A stretch of DNA of 64,000 nt from Camelus ferus (GCF_009834535.1 NC_045713.1:23312001-23376000); one strand, 5' to 3'; counted from the stretch's first letter, positions 48,580 through 59,927 are shown. A program made the numbers and translations. The notes: generated by a model not told the origin, from the sequence alone.

Positions 48580-50178
48580 TCATCTTGTATTTTGCTTTGA
48601 TGTTCAGTCTCCCCTAGCAGACTTAAGATTCTTCTTAAAGTCTGCCTCAGGGTAATTTCTGTGGACCCCACAGCACCAAGCCTTAGGGAGAGTACACACT
48701 CAGTGAATACCTGTCGCATACGTGAAAGATTTACAATGAATACCTGTCACATGACAGAAAGATTTATGGAGCCCACCTGTTAAGAATAAATTATTCTTCT
48801 CCTCCTGACTCTCAAAAAATTTTTCTTCCTGTGAATTTGAATAATAATACACGTTTTCTACTTGTAATAAAAACATGTGCAGGAGCGGTTTCTGTGGGCA
48901 CTAACTGTCGATGAGCCTAGTAAGATTGTACTACGTCTGATCTCAGAAGCACCCTTGGCTCCTACCACTGGATGGGCTCCAGGCCTCCGGAGGGAGGGGA
49001 ACCATCTAAGCCCCGAGTCATTTCATGCAGGACATTGGGTTGGGTGTCCCTCTTCCTGCCTCGTGGTGCCCCAGACCCGTGCTCCAGCATGGAGCCTCCA
49101 ACTCACTTTTTGACAACTGATCCATCTTTTTTGATCTCACACTTTGTTTGGGGGCACAAGCTCCTGCTAAAACTTCAGCCCAGACCTTCCCCCAAGGAGA
49201 ACTTTGCTGGGCCACCTGCACTTCTCCTCAATTACTGTGACTTCCTTTGTTACGATATTTTCACCTAAGAAATGCCATTGTTGTAGGAAGGGGCTTCCGG
49301 CTCCCAGAGCATCAGGGTCCTGGGGACTGACAAGTCATTCTCACTGGGGCTTTTTTATTTCCGGTGGTCAGACTCCAGTTCTTTCTTGATGCACCTGACT
49401 TTTACAGTCAGAAATATGCAAACGATAAATGCAGTTTCTTCGTTCTCATTGTACTTTCGTGCCCCAAGTTCCCAGGGACCTCTGCATATCAGTGGCACTC
49501 ATGACCTCACATACCCTGATATCTTTCCCTCCTCCGGGACAAGAGATCCTCCTTCTGACCACCTCCCTGATCAATACTCCACATTCCATCATGAGGCTTA
49601 TTGATGTAAATGTGCCCCCAGCACCTGTCATAACTGCTTGTCCTCCTGGGAAACAAAAGCAAATCTCAACAGCCTTTGAATACAAACAATTAATGAAGAG
49701 AAATCCCAGTACCTATCTCCACTGGGACGGATAAAAAAGAAATAAACTCAAAAAGAAAATCTCCATTCAGACTGTGGACTGTGAGAATGTCCAGTGCAGC
49801 ACGTGTCTATTTTTTTAAGTGGGTTTAGCGTCTGGACTGTTAGTAGGTTGCTGGCACGATTCTTGTTATCCACACGGGTGGTAGACTTTTAAAATGTGGA
49901 AGATCAAGGCTACTGTTGCGAACATTGCACATCACTTTATAAGTGTGTCCATGGTAGTTAATAAATTGTCAAAAATCATAAGACTGCTGCCAAGAATAGA
50001 TGCTATAAATAGAAAAAACATCCAATGAGACTGCTGTGAATTTTTTTGAAAGATAATTTTCCTTGTAAGTAATTTCTCTGAGCAGTACACAGCTCTTCGA
50101 TGGTCAAATCTACATTCCCAGCTCCTGAAGTGAACAGCCTCTGAATTAGAATGCTCCCGAAGACGTGGAGTTAAATAG

Positions 50179-50342
50179 NNNNNNNNNNNNNNNNNNNNNN
50201 NNNNNNNNNNNNNNNNNNNNNNNNNNNNNNNNNNNNNNNNNNNNNNNNNNNNNNNNNNNNNNNNNNNNNNNNNNNNNNNNNNNNNNNNNNNNNNNNNNNN
50301 NNNNNNNNNNNNNNNNNNNNNNNNNNNNNNNNNNNNNNNNNN
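50179..50342. other. Assembly gap (164 N)
   Basis: Run of N. Confidence 0.99.
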
Positions 50343-50539
50343 GACTCTCTTAATCAGCTAGCATCGTTTTCACCAAAGTGGCCCCTGCATGTAAATACGG
50401 TGATCTGAAAAAAGCCCCACGCGGTCCGTTCACCCACAAACACCATTAGGGATAGAAATTCTGCTGGGGGTTTTCACAGACAGGATAAACAGCAGCAGAT
50501 GCATTGGGAAAGGTCGGTGAAAGTCAAGTTTAGAAAAAA

Positions 50540-51090
50540 GGCATGAAATAACATTTTGCACATGCTTAAAACAATAAGAATTTCAAACACAGAATAAAAC
50601 TTGATGTCTAATTCCAGGCAGTCAATTCACCTCCCAGAGGCAACCATTTCTGATTTCTTACGTATTTTTTTCTGAAAAGTTCTATTCACGTACAAGTTCT
50701 TGTATGTGCATTTTTATTTGTATATTTATTATGTGTACCTGTGTTACAAGCATATATAATTATTGATACATAATAGTTATAAGAACATAGAGTACAATAC
50801 ACTAATACTTACAAGAACATAAATTATATACATATATTATTTATATTTCTTTATGATTTTTTTAATGATAGATGTGTATACATATGTGGTTTGTTTAGAT
50901 AGGAACATACTCAGCCCATTGTTTTTTTACCTTGCTGTTGGTATTTAATCGTATATCATGAAGATCTTTCTCAATCAGCCTATATAATCTCTTGCATTCA
51001 CCTTAAGGGTTACATAATATTTTATTGTATGAGTCCGTTATCATTTATGTAACCATTCCTTTGTAAAGCATTTAGATTATGTTTGGGAAC
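50540..51090 (-). mobile_element. Old L1ME-type 3' region
   Basis: 'ctcccagaggcaaccatttctgatttct...catgaagatctttctcaatcagc...tatcatttatgtaaccattcc'. Confidence 0.6.
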
Positions 51091-51477
51091 TGTATTTTCC
51101 TAAACACACACACACGTATATACACACATTTGAATATACAGTTGGAATTACTTGGGATTTTAAAAGCCAAAACACTTGGATTCCAGTGTTCTAAGATTCC
51201 AAGTATACACACACACACACACGCACACAGAGTCGTAGTTTTCCACTTTACATGTATTATCTAATTCTCATTTAATTTCAGCATTAGTATTGCATCTGTT
51301 TTGCAGACTATGGAACTGAGGAACAGAGGGGTTAACTAATTTGCCAGAATTCACCCAGAAAATAAACACATGACCCTTCTTTTAACTGTAGGTCTCCTTG
51401 TAATTTTGACTTTAATCACCTTTAATCACTGTACTGCAGTTTGAGTTTCTGACCCATGTTAAAAGAGTCATAATAGT

Positions 51478-51608
51478 GGGGAGGGTATAGCTCGGTGGTA
51501 GAGTGCATGCCTAGCATGCATGAGGTCCTGGGTTCAATCCCCAGTATCTCCATTAACATAAATAAATAAACGCACAAACAATCCCCCCCACAAAGATAAA
51601 ATTTAAAA
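51478..51608 (+). mobile_element. Full-length Vic-1-type tRNA-Ala-derived SINE with 12-bp TSD
   Basis: Head GGGGAGGGTATAGCTCGGTGGTAGAGTGCATGCCTAGCATGCATGAGGTCCTGGGTTCAATCCCCAGTATCTCCA with AGC anticodon loop at 51513-51515 and a B box; (ATAA)n/C-rich/A tail; TSD aaaagagtcata at 51461-51472 and 51609-51620 at a TT/AAAA site. Confidence 0.95.
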
Positions 51609-52817
51609 AAAAGAGTCATAGTACAATTGTATACATGTCAAAGAATGTGTGTGTCAGGAGATATTGGGGGAACATGTCATTTTTTTGGTTTTGTTTTCTC
51701 TCCAGAGAAGAAGCCAAGTACATTTTTTTAAAAATCAAAGGGTGTCTGAATGGGAAGGGTTAATATCAGGGTTAACAGAAAGTAAAGGTGAATATTCCTA
51801 CTACATAGGGGTCTTATGACACTCTTAGTAGTCGCTGCACTTGGAGAAATTTAGATATACGTTCCTAGTAGGAACTATTTCATTGAAAATATTGGGTGAC
51901 TCAGAAGTGCTCTGTTTGTCCTTTCATTTCCACTGTACTTCCTCACGTCTTTGAAGAGATTTTGTTCTCTGTACTTTCAAGGAACTTTGGTTGATTTGGA
52001 AGACATAGAAGTATTTTGATTCTTCAAATCCCAAGTACGCTTGGAGGTTTGGGAAATATCTACTCATCTTTACTGAAATCCTTGGACATTTTTGACTTTT
52101 TAGTGTAAAATAAGTAAAATCTGTCTTCCTGCCATCCCTCCTGATCTACCCTCTGCTCTCCTTTCAGAGTTACTTCACAGAAACTCCCATTTGGTTATGT
52201 CCCTCCCTTTATTAAACATGTTGGTGACCTATCATTTTCTGCAGAATGAAATCTTTAAGTTTTAGCTTGGTGGGCAAGGCCTGTGGACATCTGGTCAACC
52301 CCGCCTTCATGTCTCAGTGCCCCTACTTGCTTCCTGTAGTCTTTGTTCCAGGAAGATCAGAGAATTCCCTGTCACCTCTTTATAACTCGATGCCTTTGCT
52401 ATGCTGTTTCCTCTTTCAGGGATTACTTTTTCCCAGGTCTGCCTTGGCACTTTTCAGTCTCCTCCGGTAAAGTGAGTGCTCATGTTTTAGGAATTCTGGA
52501 GCCTTTAATACCTCTGGTAGTATGATATTTATTATATTTGATCAAAGTTCGTTATTAATATGTCTTCTTCATGCCCTTGTTTGAGGGTTCCTTGGCAGCA
52601 ACTGTGTCTTCATCTTTGGGTCCTTAGGGTGCGTGACGTTACTGAGTCACAGCAGGAGCTAATGCCTGAGAATGAACTTCAAATAAATGAATGATTGGAG
52701 GAACAATGCACTTTCTACTCTCTATTTCTTTGTAAGCAAGTTACATGATTTCATGAAAAGAAGCAAAATGATTGCTTTACTTTTTCCCTTATTTGTACTC
52801 TCTTGCAGGTTTTTACT

Positions 52818-52848
<31 letters not shown>

Positions 52849-52989
52849 ATTTCTTGTTTTTGACATCTGCCATGAAAATTCTTTTAGTGCAATCTGGCAC
52901 TAAATACCTTGCCAGATACATTTACCTTGAGGATATTGATAATGGCTTTTTATGGTTATTTAATGTCCCTCTAAGGCTATAGACATGCA

Positions 52990-53390
52990 TCGGTGATTTC
53001 ATTTATCATTTATCTATTCACTGAGCACTTCATAGAGTCCAGACCCTGGGCCAGGCCACAGCAGACCAAAGACAGCGACATGTGCTTGCCTACCTCCCGA
53101 GATGCCAGAGTCTGCGGCCCCACACCTGTCAGCTGTTACAGCTGGGTCTCTTTGCTGCCCTCCACACGTTAACCATAGTCACTATTTATTAATAACCTTC
53201 TGTGTTGCCAGGGTACTAGTAGGTGCTTTATGTGCACTCATGATGACTCTCTGAGAAGTATTAGAAACTTTCCTTCACAGAGGAAGAAACAGAAGCTCAG
53301 AGAGCTGCTGTGATTTGAACCAGCACTCAGCATGGAACTGGTGATTTGAACCGTGAATTATTGAAGCCACTGCACCACCATGCCTTTCCA
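52990..53390 (-). mobile_element. L2 3' end (~52990-53100) and MIR (~53175-53390)
   Basis: 'tatctattcactgagcacttcatag'; 'cacagaggaagaaacagaagctcagagag...gtgatttgaacc'. Confidence 0.65.
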
Positions 53391-53602
53391 GGGTCGTGTT
53401 CATCTTTCAACGAGACCTCTTAGGTCGGGGACATCCCTCCCTTTCTCCTTATTAAAAATTTTAAGCTTTCTAAAGCCCACTCAAATGATTATCTCAATGA
53501 AAATATGTTACTTACCTTGATTTCCCTCCTTTCTAACTCCTCTTTCAATTAAATGTTTCACCTTTCTTAGAGGTTCTTGGCCATGCCAGTATTTTTGTTA
53601 TC

Positions 53603-54225
53603 TGTAGAATTAGAACTATTTTGAGTGCAAGTAACAGAAACCCAGCTTACACAACTTTTAACAAAATGAATGGGAAAACCTAAATGACTGTAGAATGTGT
53701 TGTGGATCATGGTTTGGGGAAGATGTTTGTGTCAGCCTGCAAAATCGAATCATTGATTGCAGGAATGAGGGTGTCCGGACTGGACGCCAGGTTTTTGTAG
53801 TGGGAGCCAATGGCTCAGGACTGCGAGGACATTCTCTTCTTGTGCTCACCCCTCACGTCCACTTGTCTCTCTCTCAGTGGAGTGGCAGCTTCTCCACTAG
53901 TTAGTGGTAACTTCCTCTAAGCAGCCAAAAAAGAATGAACAGGCAGATCCAACATTTTATCTTTAGAGCTTCATGATCCCTCCCCTCCCCAAAGCCTGGG
54001 GCCATCTTCCTTGCCAGGAAAATCTCTGGGAAGAGCCTCCATTGGCTTGGCTTCAAGCTCATCCTTCACCCAATCTTTGAGGCTGGGAAGGAGAGCAGTG
54101 CTGCCTTGGTACGGGGTAATGACATCACGGGTTGCAGAGGTAACTGGCCGAAAGCAAGCAGTGTGATTCCACCAGAAGACAGGAAATGAGAAAATACGCC
54201 AGGAAACAAAACATTAGCTGCTGTG
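53603..54225 (-). mobile_element. MLT1 (J-L-like) LTR
   Basis: 'ttgagtgcaagtaacagaaacccagc...tccattggcttggcttcaagctcatccttcacccaatc'. Confidence 0.6.
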
Positions 54226-54529
54226 GTCGACTCTAGAAGGAAGAGTCAGGACTTGTACTAGTACAGTTATGGAGACAGTACGTAGAGGACATTTGTCCCA
54301 GTCTGGCTGGCACTGCCTTAGTTTATATCTCTTTTCTGGAATCCTGTTCAATCCAGCATTTGTCACTCTCAGAAATACCCAGATTTGGATGATACACGAT
54401 AAGGCCACTCTAACCATCAAATATAAGATTTGAAATGGTGATTGTCTTGGGAAACTCAGGGAATGGCTTGCCTTCCCTTGCTCTCAGGGTCATTCCAGAC
54501 ATGTAATAGTCATCCAGTCTTCAACAGAC

Positions 54530-55030
54530 TGAGAAATAGCTGGGAGTAGTGAACCGGGCACTGGTCTGGCATCAGATGGTCACCTCTAGTCTTGACTCTG
54601 CCAGTGAGTTGGTTGCTAGTGTGATTTGGAGCCCATCATAACTCCTGTCTGCACCTCGCCTCTCAAATGGTCAGTGCACCAGAGGCCGTGTCTCCTTCAC
54701 AAAAGCGTTAGGGAGAGGAAATTTGCGGATGCTTTGAACTGCACAGAATGAACTGTACAGTTCTGTAGTAGGTGTGGTAGTCATCATAACTGACAGAGAA
54801 CTGGGGTGTTAGTCTATCTAGACATCTTGCCAAGCTCCCGGCATGAATTAACTCATTTTATCTGCAAAACAACCCTATGTGGTAGTAGTAGTATCTGTAG
54901 ATTACAGCTGAGGACACTGGGGCATGGAGAAGCAAAGATCTTTGCTTCAAGTCAGGCAGCAAAGGCTTGGGCAAGCTCAGATTCAAACTTGGACCAAGGC
55001 TGTTCACCACTAGGCAGTGTTGAATCACTT
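54530..55030. mobile_element. Two MIRs: ~54530-54790 (+), ~54810-55030 (-)
   Basis: 'tcttgactctgccagtga'; 'acagctgaggacactggggcatggagaagcaaagatc...gattcaaact'. Confidence 0.55.
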
Positions 55031-55049
55031 TCAGATGTGGAGTATGTGA

Positions 55050-55080
55050 CTGTGTGCGTGTGCGTGTGAGTGCATGTGTA

Positions 55081-55114
<34 letters not shown>

Positions 55115-55118
55115 AGAG
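55050..55118. repeat. (TG)n/(GA)n compound microsatellite
   Basis: Interrupted TG run followed by a GA run. Confidence 0.9.
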
Positions 55119-55984
55119 AGATTTCTTCCCCAACTCTGCCTTATTTCAGTGACTCCGCTCAGAGGAGGTCAGTGGCCATGTCGTTGTGAGGAGGGGCTGT
55201 CCTCCAAGATGGCAGAGCGGACCAGCTCTGGTTAATGGCTCTGAGATGATCCCGTATGGGGGGACATCCGTCCCTTTGTGCTCTGACATTGATGTTACTG
55301 TCAGTTGACAGTGAGCTTTATCATCACCCCCTTCAGGTACAAAAGGCCACTGTTCGGAAACTGTCATTAAAAGCAGCCTCTCTCTTTTTAAAAGCAGCCT
55401 CTCCTTTCTCCCTTCCATAATAGGAGCCAGTGTACCAGAAGAGATTGACCTTAAGTTGAGCCTGTTTAGTTAAAAAAAAAAAAAAAAAAGAAGAAGAAGA
55501 AATAGAATAGGTCATGTTTTTAATGTCACTAAGATGGAAGGCCTAAAATTAGAATGGAGCTGAGGGTAGGAGAAAACAGAAGGCAGGGTAGGAGGAAAGA
55601 GAGGTGGCCTTGGGTTTCCTTTACTTTTGGATAATGGGCATTTCTAGTTAAATCTACACAGTCTATTTCGCAGCCTGTCTCCTGGTGATGTGCACGCTCT
55701 TTGGACGGGGTTGTGGGCGGCCTCATGATCTCTTTTAGCCATGGGCCATGGATGTAAATTAGCTTCACGCGGTCACAGCCGCTGAGAGCCACTACGGGTA
55801 GAGTGTATTCTAAAAGGACAGGGCAGGATGGGGATTGTTACAGGGAGGGAGGGAAGAGAGAAGATCCCAGAGGGAGAGAATGGGTAGAGTTCTACCGAAC
55901 AGAGATCCTCCTGGTCTTTGTCACTTTTCGATGGCCCTGTGGGGAGATGATTTTATTTTAATTGAAAATATAAAAGACGCTCGT

Positions 55985-56225
55985 GGTGGAGAAGTGACTC
56001 AGCATGGAAGTTAACAACACGGGTTCTGCAACCAGGCTTCCCGGGTTCAAGTTTAGCTTTGTCGTGTATGCACGTCACACAGCTGGTGTACAAGTTGCTC
56101 GACCCCTCTGTGCCGGTCTGCACGGCGGTAACTGTGCCCATCAGCTGGCACGATGAAACGAATGGACACGCGAAAGGAGTTTAGAGGGGGCTTGGCACGT
56201 AACGAGGGCTCAGCCATTTGTTCTT
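55985..56225 (+). mobile_element. MIR (unusually CpG-rich)
   Basis: 'cacgggttctgcaaccaggcttcccgggttcaag...caagttgctcgacccctctgtgcc...gcttggcacgtaacgagggctcag' is collinear with the MIR consensus. Confidence 0.7.
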
Positions 56226-56369
56226 AGGATTTACATTTTATGGATTCATAGATATAAATCAGGCAACAGACAAGAAATGATTCCTCTATATTTTGAGAGC
56301 TCAATAAACGATGCTTCGGTGGGATTTCCTTTCCTTCCTACCCATCGTGCCTTGCCACAGGCTGGCAGG

Positions 56370-57030
56370 AAAAGCCTTTATGAGGAGGTAGCGGAGACCG
56401 AACAGAGGAGATACACTCCTTTGTAGGCCAAGCATCCCAAATAAAGGAAACAGAAGGTGCCCAGGTTCCGGGGAGAGGAAGCAGAGGTGGTTGTTTCAGA
56501 GGAGCTGAAAGGAACCAAGGTTGGAGTGTGTTGAGCAGGGGATGGGGTGGCCTGAGTTGAGGGGAGGCAGGGAGGCCAGGGCCTGATCGGGCTAAAGCTT
56601 CCAGTGCCAAAGTGCCAAAGGGCAAGGCTTCCATCTTAGAGCAGCAGGAGGCCACTGGGGGGTTTAAAGGGTGGGCTGACCAGATTCACCTTTTAAGCTC
56701 ACTCTGGCTGTGGAACAGAAAATGACTTGTGTGTTGGGGCGGCGAGACTGAAAGGAGACTATTGCAGTCGAATGGGCAGGAGGCGATGCCGACTTAACAG
56801 AAAGTTCCAGAGATTAATCGTGGCCCCAGCCCTGACCGGGTGCCCGAGCTGTGTGTCTTCTGCGCCATGCTTACTCCACTACAGTCATCTGTCTCTGTTT
56901 GTTTACTTGTACTGGGCTAGTGGGGCCGGGACTCTGTGTCTTTTCTGCTTCTTTGTGCACTCAGTCCCTTGTCCAACACCCAGCTCTTAACAGGTGCTCC
57001 ATACTTGTTTATCAGATGAACATGCGCAGT
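56370..57030. mobile_element. L2 fragments: ~56370-56730 (-), ~56870-57030 (+)
   Basis: 'ggaggccactgggggtttaaag...ttttaagctcactctggctgtg'; 'gggccgggactctgtgtc...caggtgctccatacttgtttatcagatgaa'. Confidence 0.6.
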
Positions 57031-57749
57031 GAGTACTCACTGTAGTGTTTCCTTTTCAAGCCCCTCTGATTAGAACACCATCTCCTTCATGAAAGAGAAG
57101 GTCATTCCTTTTCAACTTGCAGTGTTTGTGATGGGGAGGGGGTGGTTCTCGAGGTCTTTGTGTCACAGGAGACGCACAACATGGCGGACCTTGGATGGGG
57201 CCAAGGCAGACATGGCTCAGCTCTGTGTTTTCTGCAGCACAATGTCCCCTTAGCTCCTTATCTGACATCTCAACCAGGAGCCCTAGTTAATTTTCATGCA
57301 GAAGAAGCCTTTGAAAGCCAGGCCTCTTTCATGCTCTGGGAAGATCTGAGAAGGGTCAACCCTGTTTAGATTGGTTCTCGGCCCCCGTTGGGGGAGCCTG
57401 CTGGCTGTTCTCAGCATGGAGTATGTTGCAGAGAGGGGATGAGCAGGAAGCGGACCAAAGAACCAGGGCACTTCCCAGCTGGAATCAGGCCTGTCTTGTG
57501 TGGATTCATTATTTTGTTGGAAATGAATCCCTAGAATGGCAGACATAGTATATTTGAATGTGAACTGATGGTGTGTTTCATGGCCAAGTGAAAGGGAGTT
57601 TTGGATTATCCACCCTAGTTGCTTGTCTCTGCCTCTGAACCCTGCCATTGGTGCAGATAATTGAACTATACCTGCTTTTGTGTTTTCACACTCAGTTTGA
57701 TGTCCTTATGGCATTTGGGATGAGGTAGGGAGTGGGAGACGGTCTCATT

Positions 57750-58240
57750 GACAATGGAACTGGTGCATTTTACAAACCACAGTGACTCTGGCTGTCACTT
57801 AATGAGAGCTGCTCACTGTCCAGCGTTGTGCTCAGCATTTTACTGGGATTATCACATTCAGTCCTCACAGCAATCCTACAACAACAACAACAATAATAGT
57901 AATGACAAGAAGAAGTGACCTCAGCAGTTATTTGGCATTTACTGTGTGCCACGTGCGGTTCTAAGTGCTGGCAGGTACTAACTCATCTTCAAAACCACCC
58001 AAGGGACAGGCGCTCCGCCCCCAGGGAATGGGAGTCACATGGACTAAGGTCTTGACAGTATGCTTGGTTTTGAACCAGGTGGGAGCCCTGCCTCTGATGT
58101 AGGTACTGTTGCCATCCTCTTGTTACAGAGGGCTCAGAAAGGTTAAGTCACTGGCCCAAGGTCACACAGCCAGCATATGGTGAGGTCAGGAATTGAATTT
58201 ATAGTTCTGTCACCAAAGCCCTTGCTTTCTTGTAATTATA
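57750..58240. mobile_element. MIR cluster (+ then -)
   Basis: 'cacattcagtcctcacagcaatccta'; 'tttactgtgtgccacgtgcggttctaagtgct'; 'ggctcagaaaggttaagtcactggcccaaggtcacacagc'. Confidence 0.7.
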
Positions 58241-58739
58241 GCCACTGAGAACCAAAAGTCAGATATTTATTATCTGTGGATTTGGGACATTGGATACCAT
58301 GACAGAGAAAGTGTCTTCCAAATTTTATTCAAGTTAAATTTTATAAGGAATACCGTATCAGGGTAAGTGTAAGGATCTGATCAGTCCTGCACCTGAAAAA
58401 ATTCCAAAAGCCCCAGCTGGTCGGAAGAGCAGGATATTGTATGGTAGGATGTTCCTGTTTGTTTTCTTTCTCATGCCAAGCTTTTTTTTTTTTTTTTTTC
58501 CCCTGAAATGTCTGTTCCTGACTATATGTAAGCAGGAGGCAGAAGGACAACAGTGGTTTTGTAAATTTGCAACAGATATTCAGATATGATAAGTACATGG
58601 GAAATTCAAGGTTTAAATTCTGCATGGGGAATTAGCAAATAGCTCCTGATAAGAAGACATTCCAAACCTGTTCTCAGATGGGTGTGAATGGGGAGTGTCG
58701 GCACAGCCCATGCGGACAGTTAATAGTAGAAGGATTGTT

Positions 58740-59065
58740 CAAGAACGACCATTTCTTGTGTGTGCACCATGTGACCAATAATATGCTAGACTACCTATGT
58801 CCATATATTATATAATTTATTCCTCACGATGACCCTGTGAGGTAGGCAGTGTTGTCAGCCCCTTTTACAGATAAGGGCACTGGATCCTGGACTATTGAAA
58901 GGAGGTGACTGGATTCTCCTCCTTTTCTCTCCCTCTCTCTCTGCCCTGCTCTCCCTCCTTCCCTCTTTCTCTCCCCTCCTCTCTGTTACACACATCTGTC
59001 CCTCTAGTAAATGCCAAAGTTGGCATTTGAACTCAGGTCTCATTGAACTCCAAGTCCTCTTAGAG
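58740..59065 (-). mobile_element. MIR interrupted by a CT-rich tract (~58915-58985)
   Basis: 'ttcctcacgatgaccctgtgaggtaggc...ccttttacagataagg' and 'gcatttgaactcaggtct'. Confidence 0.65.
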
Positions 59066-59100
59066 GTCAACATTAGAGGTTTCAACAAAAAGTTACTTTT

Positions 59101-59514
59101 CAGAAATTATTTTAAAAAATTATATCTTTATTTAATTGAAGTATAGTCAGTTACAGTGTGTCAATTTCTGGTGCCCAGCATAATGTTTCAGTCATACATA
59201 TACATATATGTATTCATTTTCATATACTTTTCCATTAGAGGTTACTACAAGATATTGAATATAGTTCCCTGCACTGTACAGAAGAAAACTAGTTTTTATC
59301 TAGTTTATATATAGTAGTTAACATTTACAAATCTGGAACTCCCAATTTATTCCTTCCCACACCTTCTCCACCTAAAGGTCCATCGACAGAGGACTGGATA
59401 AAGAAGCTATGATATATTTATACATGGAATAGCACTCAGCCATAAAAAAGAATCCAATCATGCCATTTGTAGCAACATGGATGGATCTGGAGATCATAAT
59501 TCTAAGTGAAAAGG
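59101..59514 (-). mobile_element. L1 3' end with 5' inverted segment (twin-priming structure) and TSD
   Basis: Minus-strand 3'UTR ~59101-59368 joined to a plus-strand ORF2-end segment ~59370-59510. TSD gttactttt at 59092-59100 and 59515-59523 (12/14 when extended), followed by AAAA. Confidence 0.9.
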
Positions 59515-59859
59515 GTTACTTTTAAAAGCAGTCTAATTTATTTCCACCATCTCTTGTAATAACCATCCTTTTAGCACTGCCCAAAGTCATCACATCCGTC
59601 TTTGGGGGACCACCTACTCTGGAACGTGAGTTGGACTCTACAACCTACATGTACCAACTCCTGGGGAACTTACAGCAGACCTCTAAGTTAGGTGGCACTG
59701 TCATCGTCCCTGTGCCTTAGGTGCGAGGACTCAGATTCATTTCCCAGAGTCACCCACACAGAGTTTGTACCACTACCTGGTCTCTCTGAGCTCTAAATTT
59801 GCACTCTTCACCACATGGTATTTGGTCTCCCAACCAAAGCTAAATCGATGATTTGTGAG

Positions 59860-59891
59860 TAGGTAGGTAGGTAGGTAGGTAGGTAGGTAGG

Positions 59892-59927
<36 letters not shown>
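59860..59927. repeat. (TAGG)8(TAGA)9 compound tetranucleotide STR
   Basis: Counted directly; both arrays uninterrupted. Confidence 0.97.

Noticed and set aside
14941-50353. Long ORFs containing X runs (e.g. 14941..15324, 20299..20637, 23709..24221, 24226..24585, 26318..26730, 42455..42847, 50165..50353)
   Set aside because: Artefacts of translating through N gaps.
51478-51552. Possible tRNA-Ala(AGC) gene
   Set aside because: Has extra 5' bases, deviations from the tRNA, a SINE tail and a TSD; it is a tRNA-derived SINE. The same applies to 15114-15180.
56370-57030. Oppositely oriented L2 fragments as a possible L2-derived miRNA hairpin (miR-28/151/708 type)
   Set aside because: Not a tail-to-tail junction of 3' ends, no complementary stem seen, and no mature miRNA sequence recognised.
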